Positions 15,803-23,855 of a stretch of DNA of 64,000 nucleotides are shown here, in pieces. The notes under the pieces are model-generated. The model saw only the letters and a program-made list of their open reading frames with translations, was not told the origin of the DNA and made no database searches. A program made the position numbers and the translations under genes. The stretch lies in NCBI GenBank assembly GCA_002306385.1, contig DBRV01000003.1, forward strand, positions 861 to 64,860. The letters run 5' to 3'. The stretch's first letter is position 1; each line of letters opens with the position of its first letter. Source of the DNA: Candidatus Falkowbacteria bacterium UBA1359 (GTDB lineage: Bacteria; Patescibacteriota; Patescibacteriia; Patescibacteriales; Patescibacteriaceae).

Positions 15803-15817
15803 CGGAGATTAATAAAT

Positions 15818-15891
15818 GGGCCATTAGCTCAGTTGGCTAGAGCGCTTCCATGGCATGGAAGAGGCCAAGGGTTCAAGTCCCTTATGGTCCA
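15818..15891 (+). tRNA. tRNA-Ala(GGC)
   Basis: Hand fold: acceptor GGGCCAT/ATGGTCC with G3:U70, anticodon stem CTTCC/GGAAG, loop ATGGCAT, T-arm AAGGG-TTCAAGT-CCCTT. No encoded CCA. Confidence 0.9.
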
Positions 15892-15949
15892 CAATCCTCG
15901 TTTTTGTTCCATGTGGAACCAAATAATATTGTTAAAAATCATTTATTCT

Positions 15950-16011
15950 GTCCATAAAAATCTAGACAAATTATTCGGTGGAAAAGTCCATAAAAATCTA
16001 GACAAATTATT
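15950..16011 (+). repeat. two identical 26-nt direct repeats GTCCATAAAAATCTAGACAAATTATT, period 36 nt
   Basis: Copies at 15950-15975 and 15986-16011, 26/26 identical, separated by CGGTGGAAAA. Confidence 0.9.
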
Positions 16012-16118
16012 TACTTCGTGGCTAATATTAGCTAAAATTTAAAGCAGTGGATAACTTGTGAATTATTTTAATTTAAGTCCAGATAAACCTACCTTCTAAA
16101 AACCCTCCACTATAAATC

Positions 16119-16514
16119 ATGGCTAAACAAAACAACCCCTGGACCAATTTTGGCCAAGCGGTTGCATTGGCTTATTTTCAAAAAACTGGCTATAAAATTA
16201 TCGCCAGTAATTGGCATTATCATCAACAAAAAATTGATTTAGTAGCCCAACAACGATCTATCATTGTCTTTATAGAAATAAAACTATATCTTACTAATAA
16301 ATTTAGCTATACCAATAAAATAATGGGGAGCTACCAAGAAAAACAACTACAAATAGCAGCTAATTATTTTTTGGAGAGATATAAAATAAATAAATGGCGC
16401 TATGACTTTATTATTATTAGTATTAATGGTTATGGGGGGATGGCTAAACTTAAACACTACCGGCAAATTACTCCCAGTCCACACTATCTGAAAAAATTCC
16501 AGAGTAATACTTGA
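16119..16514 (+). CDS. yraN: YraN-family (UPF0102) endonuclease-like protein
   Basis: GQAVALAYFQKTGYKIIASNW...KIDLVAQQRSIIVFIEIK matches the YraN pattern (G-E..A..yL...Gy.il..N.....EIDLia.....lvFvEVK). Gln replaces Glu at two usual positions. Confidence 0.6.
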   Translation: MAKQNNPWTNFGQAVALAYFQKTGYKIIASNWHYHQQKIDLVAQQRSIIVFIEIKLYLTNKFSYTNKIMGSYQEKQLQIAANYFLERYKINKWRYDFIIISINGYGGMAKLKHYRQITPSPHYLKKFQSNT

Positions 16515-16573
16515 CTTGCCCCTAGCAACTCCGTATAGTGGAATAAATTAAAACAAACAATCACCAACTAAAT

Positions 16574-18439
16574 ATGCGTTTAATTATTGTGGAATCGCCC
16601 ACTAAAGCTAAAACCATTAGCCATTTTTTAACAAAAACTGACACTGTTGAATCATCATTTGGCCATGTACGTGATTTACCTACTAAAAAATTGGGTGTAG
16701 ATATAGAAAACAACTTTGAGCCAGAATATGAGGTGCCGGCTAAGGCTAAAAAGGTAGTAGCTAAATTAAAAACTCTAGCCAAAAAAGCTGATGAAATCAT
16801 TCTAGCTACTGACGAAGACCGAGAAGGTGAAGCAATTGCCTGGCACCTTCAGCAACTATTAAAACTACCGGCTAATCAAAAAAATCGCATTGTATTTCAT
16901 GAAATAACTGAATCAGCTATTAAAAATGCTCTCAAAGCGCCTCGAGAACTTGATTATAATTTAATTAACGCTCAACAAGCCCGAAGAATTCTGGATAGAT
17001 TGGTTGGCTATGAACTGTCTCCTTTTCTCTGGAAAAAGGTAGCAAAAAATTTATCAGCCGGGCGGGTGCAATCAGTGGCCGTAAGATTAATTGTCGAGCG
17101 GGAAAGAGAAATAGAAAAATTCATTAAACAAGAATATTGGACAATCACCGCTCATTTACAAGCTCATGAAGAAAAATTTACTGCTCAATTAGTAAAATGG
17201 CAAGGAAAAACATTGGAGAAATTTGCTCTTGCTGACCAACAAAAAGCCGAAGAAATTAAAGAAAAACTCACCGGAGAAGAATTTGTTATTGATAAAATCA
17301 CTAAAGAAAAAATTCTAAAAATGCCACCCGCTCCCTTTACTACTTCTACTTTACAGCAAGTAGCTAACCGCTGGCTAGGCTTTTCAGCTAGACAAACCAT
17401 GGTTCTAGCTCAACAACTATACGAAGGTATTAATTTGGGTTCTGAAGGACAAGTTGGCCTCATTACTTACATGAGAACCGACGCTCTAGATTTATCCAGT
17501 GAGTTTATCCATCAGGCCCGAAAGGTTATCCAAGATAATTTTGGCTCTCAATTTATAGCTAAGACCCCCCGCAAGTTTATTAATAAAAATAAAAGGGCTC
17601 AGGAAGCTCATGAAGCTATTCGACCGACTAACCCCCAACGGACACCAGAATCAATTAAACAATACTTAGATCCACGTCAATTTAGACTTTATGAGCTTAT
17701 TTGGCAGCGAGCTTTAGCTAGCCAAGCAGCAGAAGCCCAAATTAACCATCTCTCTATAGACATTAAGGCTAACTCGGCTATATTTCTAGCTACTGGTCAG
17801 ACAATTACCTTTCCTGGATATTTAAGTATCTACCCTGAGCAAACACAAGAAAAAAATTTGCCACACCTTACTGACAAAGAGCATCTTAAATTACTAGAGC
17901 TAACAACAGATCAACACTTTACTCAACCACCGGCTCGTTATAGTGACGCTGGGCTGGTGAAACAACTAGAAAAATACGGTATTGGCCGGCCATCTACTTA
18001 TGCTCCAATTATTGCGACCATTGAAAAGCGAGGCTATGTGGCAAGAGATAATTATAAACGACTAGCACCAACAGCTATCGGCAAGATAGTTAACGATTTA
18101 TTAGTAAAACACTTTCCTGAGATTGTTGATTATCAATTTACTGCCAATATAGAAAATAATTTAGATGATATTGCTAGGGGAGAGGTGGCGTGGCCAAAGG
18201 TTATTGCCGATTTTTATTGGCCATTTCATCAACATTTAGAAGAAAAAAACCAAGAATTATCTAAAAAAGATATTATGCCCGAGACACCTACCAATGAAAC
18301 TTGTGATAAATGTGGCGCCAAAATGGTCATAAAAATAGGGCGATATGGACCCTTTCTCGCTTGTAGCGCTTTCCCTAAGTGTCGCAACATTAAAAAGATA
18401 CAAAAAACTACTAAACCCAACTCAACAAATTTTAGCTAA
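16574..18439 (+). CDS. topA: DNA topoisomerase I
   Basis: Toprim start MRLIIVESPTKAKTI, DEDREGEAI, the catalytic-Tyr region TYMRTD, and one C-terminal zinc ribbon CDKCG...CSAFPKC. Confidence 0.95.
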   Translation: MRLIIVESPTKAKTISHFLTKTDTVESSFGHVRDLPTKKLGVDIENNFEPEYEVPAKAKKVVAKLKTLAKKADEIILATDEDREGEAIAWHLQQLLKLPANQKNRIVFHEITESAIKNALKAPRELDYNLINAQQARRILDRLVGYELSPFLWKKVAKNLSAGRVQSVAVRLIVEREREIEKFIKQEYWTITAHLQAHEEKFTAQLVKWQGKTLEKFALADQQKAEEIKEKLTGEEFVIDKITKEKILKMPPAPFTTSTLQQVANRWLGFSARQTMVLAQQLYEGINLGSEGQVGLITYMRTDALDLSSEFIHQARKVIQDNFGSQFIAKTPRKFINKNKRAQEAHEAIRPTNPQRTPESIKQYLDPRQFRLYELIWQRALASQAAEAQINHLSIDIKANSAIFLATGQTITFPGYLSIYPEQTQEKNLPHLTDKEHLKLLELTTDQHFTQPPARYSDAGLVKQLEKYGIGRPSTYAPIIATIEKRGYVARDNYKRLAPTAIGKIVNDLLVKHFPEIVDYQFTANIENNLDDIARGEVAWPKVIADFYWPFHQHLEEKNQELSKKDIMPETPTNETCDKCGAKMVIKIGRYGPFLACSAFPKCRNIKKIQKTTKPNSTNFS

Positions 18440-18875
18440 CCTTCGTCTTATTTTTTTTAGATTTCTTAATTTTAGCCTTAGTTTTAACCTTAGTTTCAGA
18501 TTTTGGTTCTACTTCGATTTGATTATTGTCTAAATCATTTTCTTCTTCACTTTTTTTATGTTTTTTAGTTGAAGAATGAAAAACTTTATCTTTTATTCTG
18601 CTAAACATTTTATTTTGGAATAAATCTATTACTTTGCTACCCACCTTTTCTAAAATCGCCCAATAAGACACCATGAAAGACAATTTACCTTTAATAGATT
18701 CGGTTATCTGGCTAATTGTCTCAAGCTGACGATTAAGTTCATCAATGGTTCGATGCAACTCTCGAATAAAATTAGAAGCAACAATAAAGAAATAAACTAT
18801 AGCCGCGCTAACACCAATAATGCCGATTGTTAAAGCTAGATTAACTAAATCATGAGAAGTTGAAAATATTTCCAT
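18432..18875 (-). CDS. hypothetical membrane-anchored protein with a Lys-rich tail
   Basis: ORF-track ORF with one N-terminal TM helix and a KKHKKSEEE...KTKAKIKKSKKNKTKVS tail. Its 3' end overlaps the topA 3' end by 8 nt (convergent). Confidence 0.5.
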   Translation of the reverse strand: MEIFSTSHDLVNLALTIGIIGVSAAIVYFFIVASNFIRELHRTIDELNRQLETISQITESIKGKLSFMVSYWAILEKVGSKVIDLFQNKMFSRIKDKVFHSSTKKHKKSEEENDLDNNQIEVEPKSETKVKTKAKIKKSKKNKTKVS

Positions 18876-18887
18876 ATATTAACTAAA

Positions 18888-19286
18888 TTAATTAGTAAGA
18901 TAATCATCCAAAGTTTGACCTAACTGCTTCACTTTTGATTTATCTAGAATCATAATACCTGAATCATCTTCTCCTAAACCAAGTTCTTTAGCTGAACAAA
19001 GCATTCCCAAAGACATCTGACCACGTATTTCTCTTGGAGTAATAACTTCGCCTGAGGATAATTTAGCACCTTCTAAGGCAACGGGTACAAATTGGCCAAT
19101 CTCAATATTATTAGCCCCGCAAACTATATTTAATTGCTGACTGCCAACATCTACTGTAACCATAGATAATCGGTCAGCCTCAGGATGTTTTTTTATATCA
19201 GTTATTTGGCCAACTACTACCAAAGGAAAACGGCTAGGTGTTAAAGACGGAGTCTTTTTATGAAAAAGTTTTAATGGATTCCACAT
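18888..19286 (-). CDS. tRNA-binding domain protein (CsaA/YtpR/Trbp111-like)
   Basis: VVGQITDIKKHPEADRLSMVTVDVG...NIVCGANNI is typical of the EMAP/PheT-N-type tRNA-binding OB fold. Confidence 0.75.
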   Translation of the reverse strand: MWNPLKLFHKKTPSLTPSRFPLVVVGQITDIKKHPEADRLSMVTVDVGSQQLNIVCGANNIEIGQFVPVALEGAKLSSGEVITPREIRGQMSLGMLCSAKELGLGEDDSGIMILDKSKVKQLGQTLDDYLTN

Positions 19287-19296
19287 AATATAAAAG

Positions 19297-19755
19297 TTAA
19301 TGATTTTCCTTAAAAGTTGAAGAAATTATGTCTTTAGAAGTGGCATGCTTAGAGATTTTCTGGGCCGATAATCGAGTATTTTGAGATTGGCAACTTAACA
19401 TAAAAAACTCTAACATCACTAAACCAGCGACTAAAATAAACAGATTAAACCAGCCAAGTAACTGCCGTGATAAGAGCCACAAGGCAATAACCACTCCAAT
19501 AGCAATTAGCGCTGCCTGCCGAAAAGCGGTAATAACCGCCTGATGAGCTAATTGTTGGCGAATTAGACTAAAGCGAAGAATAAAACCGAATAAAGACATA
19601 GTGCTAAAAATTGCTGCAAACAGGGTTAAATAAAAAAGACCTCGACCTAACCAATTAGTAGTTAATGGGTCTACTTTAAAAAGTATTACAAACCACAACA
19701 GCCAGAAAATAATCATGGCTCCTAAATTAATCAAGAGATAATGTTTTAATTTCAT
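19297..19755 (-). CDS. hypothetical membrane protein (4 TM)
   Basis: ORF-track ORF with hydrophobic helices. No family recognised. Confidence 0.5.
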   Translation of the reverse strand: MKLKHYLLINLGAMIIFWLLWFVILFKVDPLTTNWLGRGLFYLTLFAAIFSTMSLFGFILRFSLIRQQLAHQAVITAFRQAALIAIGVVIALWLLSRQLLGWFNLFILVAGLVMLEFFMLSCQSQNTRLSAQKISKHATSKDIISSTFKENH

Positions 19756-19815
19756 GACTTTTAAATTAAATCAACTATATTATACTATAATTCACTTACA
19801 ACGGTAAAGATTTTA

Positions 19816-19844
19816 TTGTCTCCAGTGTTAAAAAATGATATACT
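19816..19844 (+). promoter_or_regulatory. promoter of the glycosidase cluster (TTGTCT-17-TATACT, TGn extended -10)
   Basis: -35 at 19816-19821, TGaTATACT at 19836-19844, 33 nt upstream of the ATG at 19877. Confidence 0.5.
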
Positions 19845-19876
19845 GCCATTATATTTAATATAAATAAAGGTTATAC

Positions 19877-21049
19877 ATGACTTCTCAAATATCGTGCCAT
19901 TTCCCTAAAGGATTCCTATGGGGCACGGCTACATCAGCCCATCAAACTGAAGGCAATAATCTTAATGACTGGTCCATATGGGAACCCGGCAAAACAGTTG
20001 ATGGCTCGGTCTCTGGCATTGCTTGTGACTCTTATCATCATTTTAGAGAAGACATTGGTTTAGCTAAAAAACTTAATAATAATGCCTACCGTTTCTCTAT
20101 TGAATGGAGCAGAATTGAACCCAGACAAGGACAATTTAACACCAAGGCCTTGCGACACTACCAAGCAGTAATTAATGAATGCCTCAAACAAAAAATAGAA
20201 CCAGTTGTTACTATTCATCACTTTACCCACCCCTTGTGGTTTTCAGCTATTGGGGGCTGGGAAAATCAAGCTGCACCACAAATATTTAATAATTATGTTC
20301 TCTATTTAGCCCAAAATATTACTGGCGTTAAAATCTGGTGTACTATTAATGAACCAATGCTCTATGCCTGGAATGCTTATGGACGAGGCAAGTGGCCACC
20401 ACAGAAAAAAAATTTAGGTACCTGGCAACAAGTTCTTAATAATTTAATTAAAGCCCATTGTCTAGCCTACCAAACATTACATTTAATTAATAAAAAATGC
20501 CTAGTTGGGATTGCTAATAATAGCCAATATTTTAAACCAATAAATAATAACTGGCTAAATAAAGAAATAAATAAAATTGCTAAATATATAATTAATGATT
20601 ATTTCTTCAAAAAAACTGCTGGCTATGAAGACTATATTGGCATTAACTATTATTTCTATAAACTCATTGGCTTAGGACGACGTCCCCCTGATAACTTACT
20701 GCGTAATGACCTAGGATGGCCTATCAACCCGTATGGACTATATGATGTTTTAATCTCAGCCAAAAAATATAATTTACCAATATATATCCTAGAAAATGGG
20801 ATAGCTGACTCTCAAGATAAATATAGGGCAAACTTTATTATTGAACATCTAAAAATGGTCTATCAGGCTATTCAAAATGGTTGTAATATTAAGGGCTATT
20901 TTTATTGGTCTTTACTAGATAATTTTGAATGGGATAAGGGCTTTGTGCCCCGATTTGGACTCTATACCGTTGATTACCCCTCACTTAAACGAAAGCCTCG
21001 ACCTAGTAGTAAAATATACGCTACAATTTGCAAAAATAATGGCCTTTAA
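19877..21049 (+). CDS. glycoside hydrolase family 1 (beta-glucosidase-like), short form
   Basis: FPKGFLWGTATSAHQTEGN, TINEP (acid/base Glu) and ILENG (nucleophile Glu). Confidence 0.85.
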   Translation: MTSQISCHFPKGFLWGTATSAHQTEGNNLNDWSIWEPGKTVDGSVSGIACDSYHHFREDIGLAKKLNNNAYRFSIEWSRIEPRQGQFNTKALRHYQAVINECLKQKIEPVVTIHHFTHPLWFSAIGGWENQAAPQIFNNYVLYLAQNITGVKIWCTINEPMLYAWNAYGRGKWPPQKKNLGTWQQVLNNLIKAHCLAYQTLHLINKKCLVGIANNSQYFKPINNNWLNKEINKIAKYIINDYFFKKTAGYEDYIGINYYFYKLIGLGRRPPDNLLRNDLGWPINPYGLYDVLISAKKYNLPIYILENGIADSQDKYRANFIIEHLKMVYQAIQNGCNIKGYFYWSLLDNFEWDKGFVPRFGLYTVDYPSLKRKPRPSSKIYATICKNNGL

Positions 21050-21052
21050 AAT

Positions 21053-22000
21053 ATGTGGCTACTGATTACCATTATAGCCAATCTTTTAAATGGAGTAGTT
21101 TATTTAGTGGATAAATATTTTTTATCACAAAAGGTGCATTCATCGGTATCTTATGCTTTTTATGTTGGCATTTGGAGTATAGGAAATTGTGTCTTTTTTA
21201 TCTTTAATCGACATATACCGACATTCGGCTGGCTATTATTAGACCTTTTAGCTGGTCTAATCTTTATGGCTGCTCTCTACTTTTGGTATAAGGCCCTACA
21301 CCAAGGGGAAACTACTAAGGTTGTTCCGATCGCTGGTTCTTTTATTCCATTTTTTACTTTACTGTTAAATTTTTTAATCGGTCGACATAATCTAACGTCA
21401 CAAGAATTATTAGCCCTCATCATTTTGATTGCCGGCACGGCATTTGTATCTTTTAATCCCCGTGATAACTTATGGCATAAATGGTGGATCAAAATAAAAA
21501 AATTCCTTCAGCCCCATAAGGCTAGCCTGCGCAGTACCGGTCGTCTTTTATTTAATGCACTCCTAGCTTCGTTTATTTTTGCTGTCTACTACGTTATGAT
21601 AAAATACATATATGACTCCCAGGGTTTTAGCAATTCTTTCGTCTGGACTAGACTTGGTAGTTTTTTAGGAGCTTTACTGTTGTTAATTCCCTCCAGAAAC
21701 CGAAAGTTAATCTTTGCCCGGCCACGACGCCAAGCTACTATAAAAAGTTGGCCATTGTTCTTAGGTATTAGATTAACCGCCTTTATTGCTTTTGTTATGA
21801 CTAACCTTGCTATATCACTAGCTGACGTCTCATTGGTTAATAGCCTCCAAGGATTACAATATGTATTTCTACTAATAATTGCCTTCTTCTTGGCCAAACG
21901 CTATCCCAAGTTACTTAAACAAGAGATTAATCGACGCAATATTTGGCATAAATTAGCTGGTATTATTTTAATTAATATAGGACTCTTTCTGCTATTATGA
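21053..22000 (+). CDS. polytopic membrane protein, EamA/DMT-like (possible sugar or metabolite transporter)
   Basis: About 9-10 TM helices arranged as two halves. 4-nt overlap with the next gene. Family call is tentative. Confidence 0.45.
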   Translation: MWLLITIIANLLNGVVYLVDKYFLSQKVHSSVSYAFYVGIWSIGNCVFFIFNRHIPTFGWLLLDLLAGLIFMAALYFWYKALHQGETTKVVPIAGSFIPFFTLLLNFLIGRHNLTSQELLALIILIAGTAFVSFNPRDNLWHKWWIKIKKFLQPHKASLRSTGRLLFNALLASFIFAVYYVMIKYIYDSQGFSNSFVWTRLGSFLGALLLLIPSRNRKLIFARPRRQATIKSWPLFLGIRLTAFIAFVMTNLAISLADVSLVNSLQGLQYVFLLIIAFFLAKRYPKLLKQEINRRNIWHKLAGIILINIGLFLLL

Positions 22001-23016
22001 TCAAACGAATAAAAAAACATTGGCGACGCTTTATCATCATTTTAAGCTGTCTAATAATCCTCGGCTTATTATGGATTTGGCTAACTAGACGAACTATTTA
22101 TTCGCCACATGAACTTACATATGGTCTGACTTTTTCTCCACTCGTCTTGAAAGACATGAACCTAGATTGGCAAGAAGCTTACATTAAAATGCTCGATGAA
22201 TTAAAAGTTAAACATCTAAGGTTGGTGGCTTATTGGCCAATGATTGAAGAAAAAGAGGGGACATACGACTTTAGTGAATTAGATTGGCAAATCAAACAAG
22301 CCAGCCAAAGAAATGTGGATATAATTTTAGCGGTCGGAGCTCGTCTACCACGCTGGCCTGAATGTCACTATCCACAGTGGTATACTCAGCAAGACAAGCA
22401 AACTCAACAAAAAAAATTACTTGATTATATTCAAGCAACAATTAATAGATATGATGCCAATCCGGCTATAGTTGCCTGGCAGATAGAAAATGAGCCATTT
22501 TTAATTGGCTTCGGTAAATGTCCCAGGCTAAATGTAAGACTCTTAGACCAAGAAATAGCTCTGGCCCGTCAAAACACAAAAAAACCAATTGTCGTAACCG
22601 ATAGCGGTGAATTAGGTATTTGGATACCAGCCGCTAGACGAGCTGATATTTTTGGTACTTCGATTTATCGACATATTTATAGTCAGCCCCTTAAGCACTA
22701 TATGACCTACCCCTTATCTCCAAATTTCTTTAGGATAAAAACTAAATTAACTGAACTTGTAAGTAATGCCAAAATCATTGTCATTGAAATGCAAGCTGAG
22801 CCATGGGGCCCCCAACCCTACTTTACGTTATCCGAAGAGGAAAAAAACAAAACCATGAATATGGATAAATTAAAGAAAATGCTAGAATATGGCCGGCAAG
22901 GCGGTTTTGATACTTTTTATCTCTGGGGCGTAGAGTGGTGGTATTGGGAAAAAGAAATAAATGGTAACAATGAATATTGGGAATTTATGAAAAATCTTTT
23001 TAGTCAATCTTTATGA
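21997..23016 (+). CDS. membrane-anchored clan GH-A glycoside hydrolase (GH42/GH5-like)
   Basis: N-terminal TM helix. YWPMIEEKEGTYDFSELDWQI is a GH42-like motif. WQIENEPF contains the NEP acid/base motif. Confidence 0.6.
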   Translation: MIKRIKKHWRRFIIILSCLIILGLLWIWLTRRTIYSPHELTYGLTFSPLVLKDMNLDWQEAYIKMLDELKVKHLRLVAYWPMIEEKEGTYDFSELDWQIKQASQRNVDIILAVGARLPRWPECHYPQWYTQQDKQTQQKKLLDYIQATINRYDANPAIVAWQIENEPFLIGFGKCPRLNVRLLDQEIALARQNTKKPIVVTDSGELGIWIPAARRADIFGTSIYRHIYSQPLKHYMTYPLSPNFFRIKTKLTELVSNAKIIVIEMQAEPWGPQPYFTLSEEEKNKTMNMDKLKKMLEYGRQGGFDTFYLWGVEWWYWEKEINGNNEYWEFMKNLFSQSL

Positions 23017-23855
23017 AACAACAACTAAACATAGGGCTGGACATTGGAGGCTCAAAAATTCTAGGCCTCTTATATGACCATAACAACAACAAAGCTTATG
23101 CCGCTCTTCGTCAGCCTATTATCAAAGATAGCTTACCAGCACTAGTCCGACAAATTCACTCAGAAATTGAACGTTTAATTGAAGCTGCTCAAAAAACAGG
23201 AAATATTCCCACTGGTATTGGGATTGGCATCCCCGGAGTAATTAAAAATGGCCGGATAATAAATTGTCCAAACTTAAGTGTATTAAACAATAGAAATTTA
23301 AATAAACTCCTGGCCAAGCAATTCCCTGATAAAAAAATACTATCAGATAATGACGTTAACTGTTTCTTAAGAGCTTATCTAGTTAAACATCCATTACTAA
23401 AAAATACCACCTTTGCTGTAGTTGCCTTGGGCACAGGTATTGGTGGAGCTATCGCTATAAATGGAAATAATATTATCCCTGAACTAGGTATTAGCAGTGA
23501 AATAGGTCATATGATCATTAATTCACAGTCAGGAGCTGATTTAGAGCATTATTACCACAAAATAATGGGTCATCCGGCTGGTCGTCTCTTTACTGCCGCC
23601 CAGGCGGGTGACTTTCTGGCCCAGCAAAAAGTAGAAAAATTTGCTAAAATACTAGGACTTGCCATGGTTAATCTAAATAATCTTATTAATCCTAAAGTAA
23701 TAATTTTAACTGGAGGAGTTAGCCGATACTATAAAACTTATCTACCTCTAGTAAAACAGATAATTAATGAACAAAGCCTAACCCCCAATAGGCCCAAGTG
23801 GATTGTAGGACAAGATCAAAAAGCGGCCGCTATTGGAGCTAGTTTATTATTATAA
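23013..23855 (+). CDS. ROK-family sugar kinase (glucokinase-like)
   Basis: GLDIGGSKI (ATP-binding), ALGTGIGGAIAING and GHM. The usual CxCGxxGC zinc motif is not evident. Confidence 0.7.
   Translation: MKQQLNIGLDIGGSKILGLLYDHNNNKAYAALRQPIIKDSLPALVRQIHSEIERLIEAAQKTGNIPTGIGIGIPGVIKNGRIINCPNLSVLNNRNLNKLLAKQFPDKKILSDNDVNCFLRAYLVKHPLLKNTTFAVVALGTGIGGAIAINGNNIIPELGISSEIGHMIINSQSGADLEHYYHKIMGHPAGRLFTAAQAGDFLAQQKVEKFAKILGLAMVNLNNLINPKVIILTGGVSRYYKTYLPLVKQIINEQSLTPNRPKWIVGQDQKAAAIGASLLL

Noticed and set aside
15900-15925. Palindrome GTTCCATGTGGAAC after tRNA-Ala(GGC) as a terminator or att site.
   Set aside because: It is a 6-bp stem with a 2-nt loop and no downstream T-run. Its partial complementarity to the tRNA 3' end is too short to interpret.
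15976-15995. RNase P RNA, suggested by GGAAAAGTCC resembling the conserved GAGGAAAGUCC.
   Set aside because: There is no following GGGC, no P4 partner and no surrounding structured GC-rich helices. The match lies inside the direct-repeat unit, so it is a chance match.
15950-16011. Mini CRISPR array.
   Set aside because: There are only two repeats, with a 10-nt spacer, no cas genes, and a repeat that is AT-rich with no typical terminal motif.
15791-16042. 83-aa plus-strand ORF.
   Set aside because: It spans tRNA-Arg, tRNA-Ala and the 26-nt direct repeats. The repeated VHKNLDKLF in the translation is the DNA repeat, not a protein repeat.
16046-16054. DnaA box AGTGGATAA upstream of yraN as a second origin.
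   Set aside because: It is a single one-mismatch box with no cluster and no AT-rich unwinding element. The real cluster flanks dnaA.
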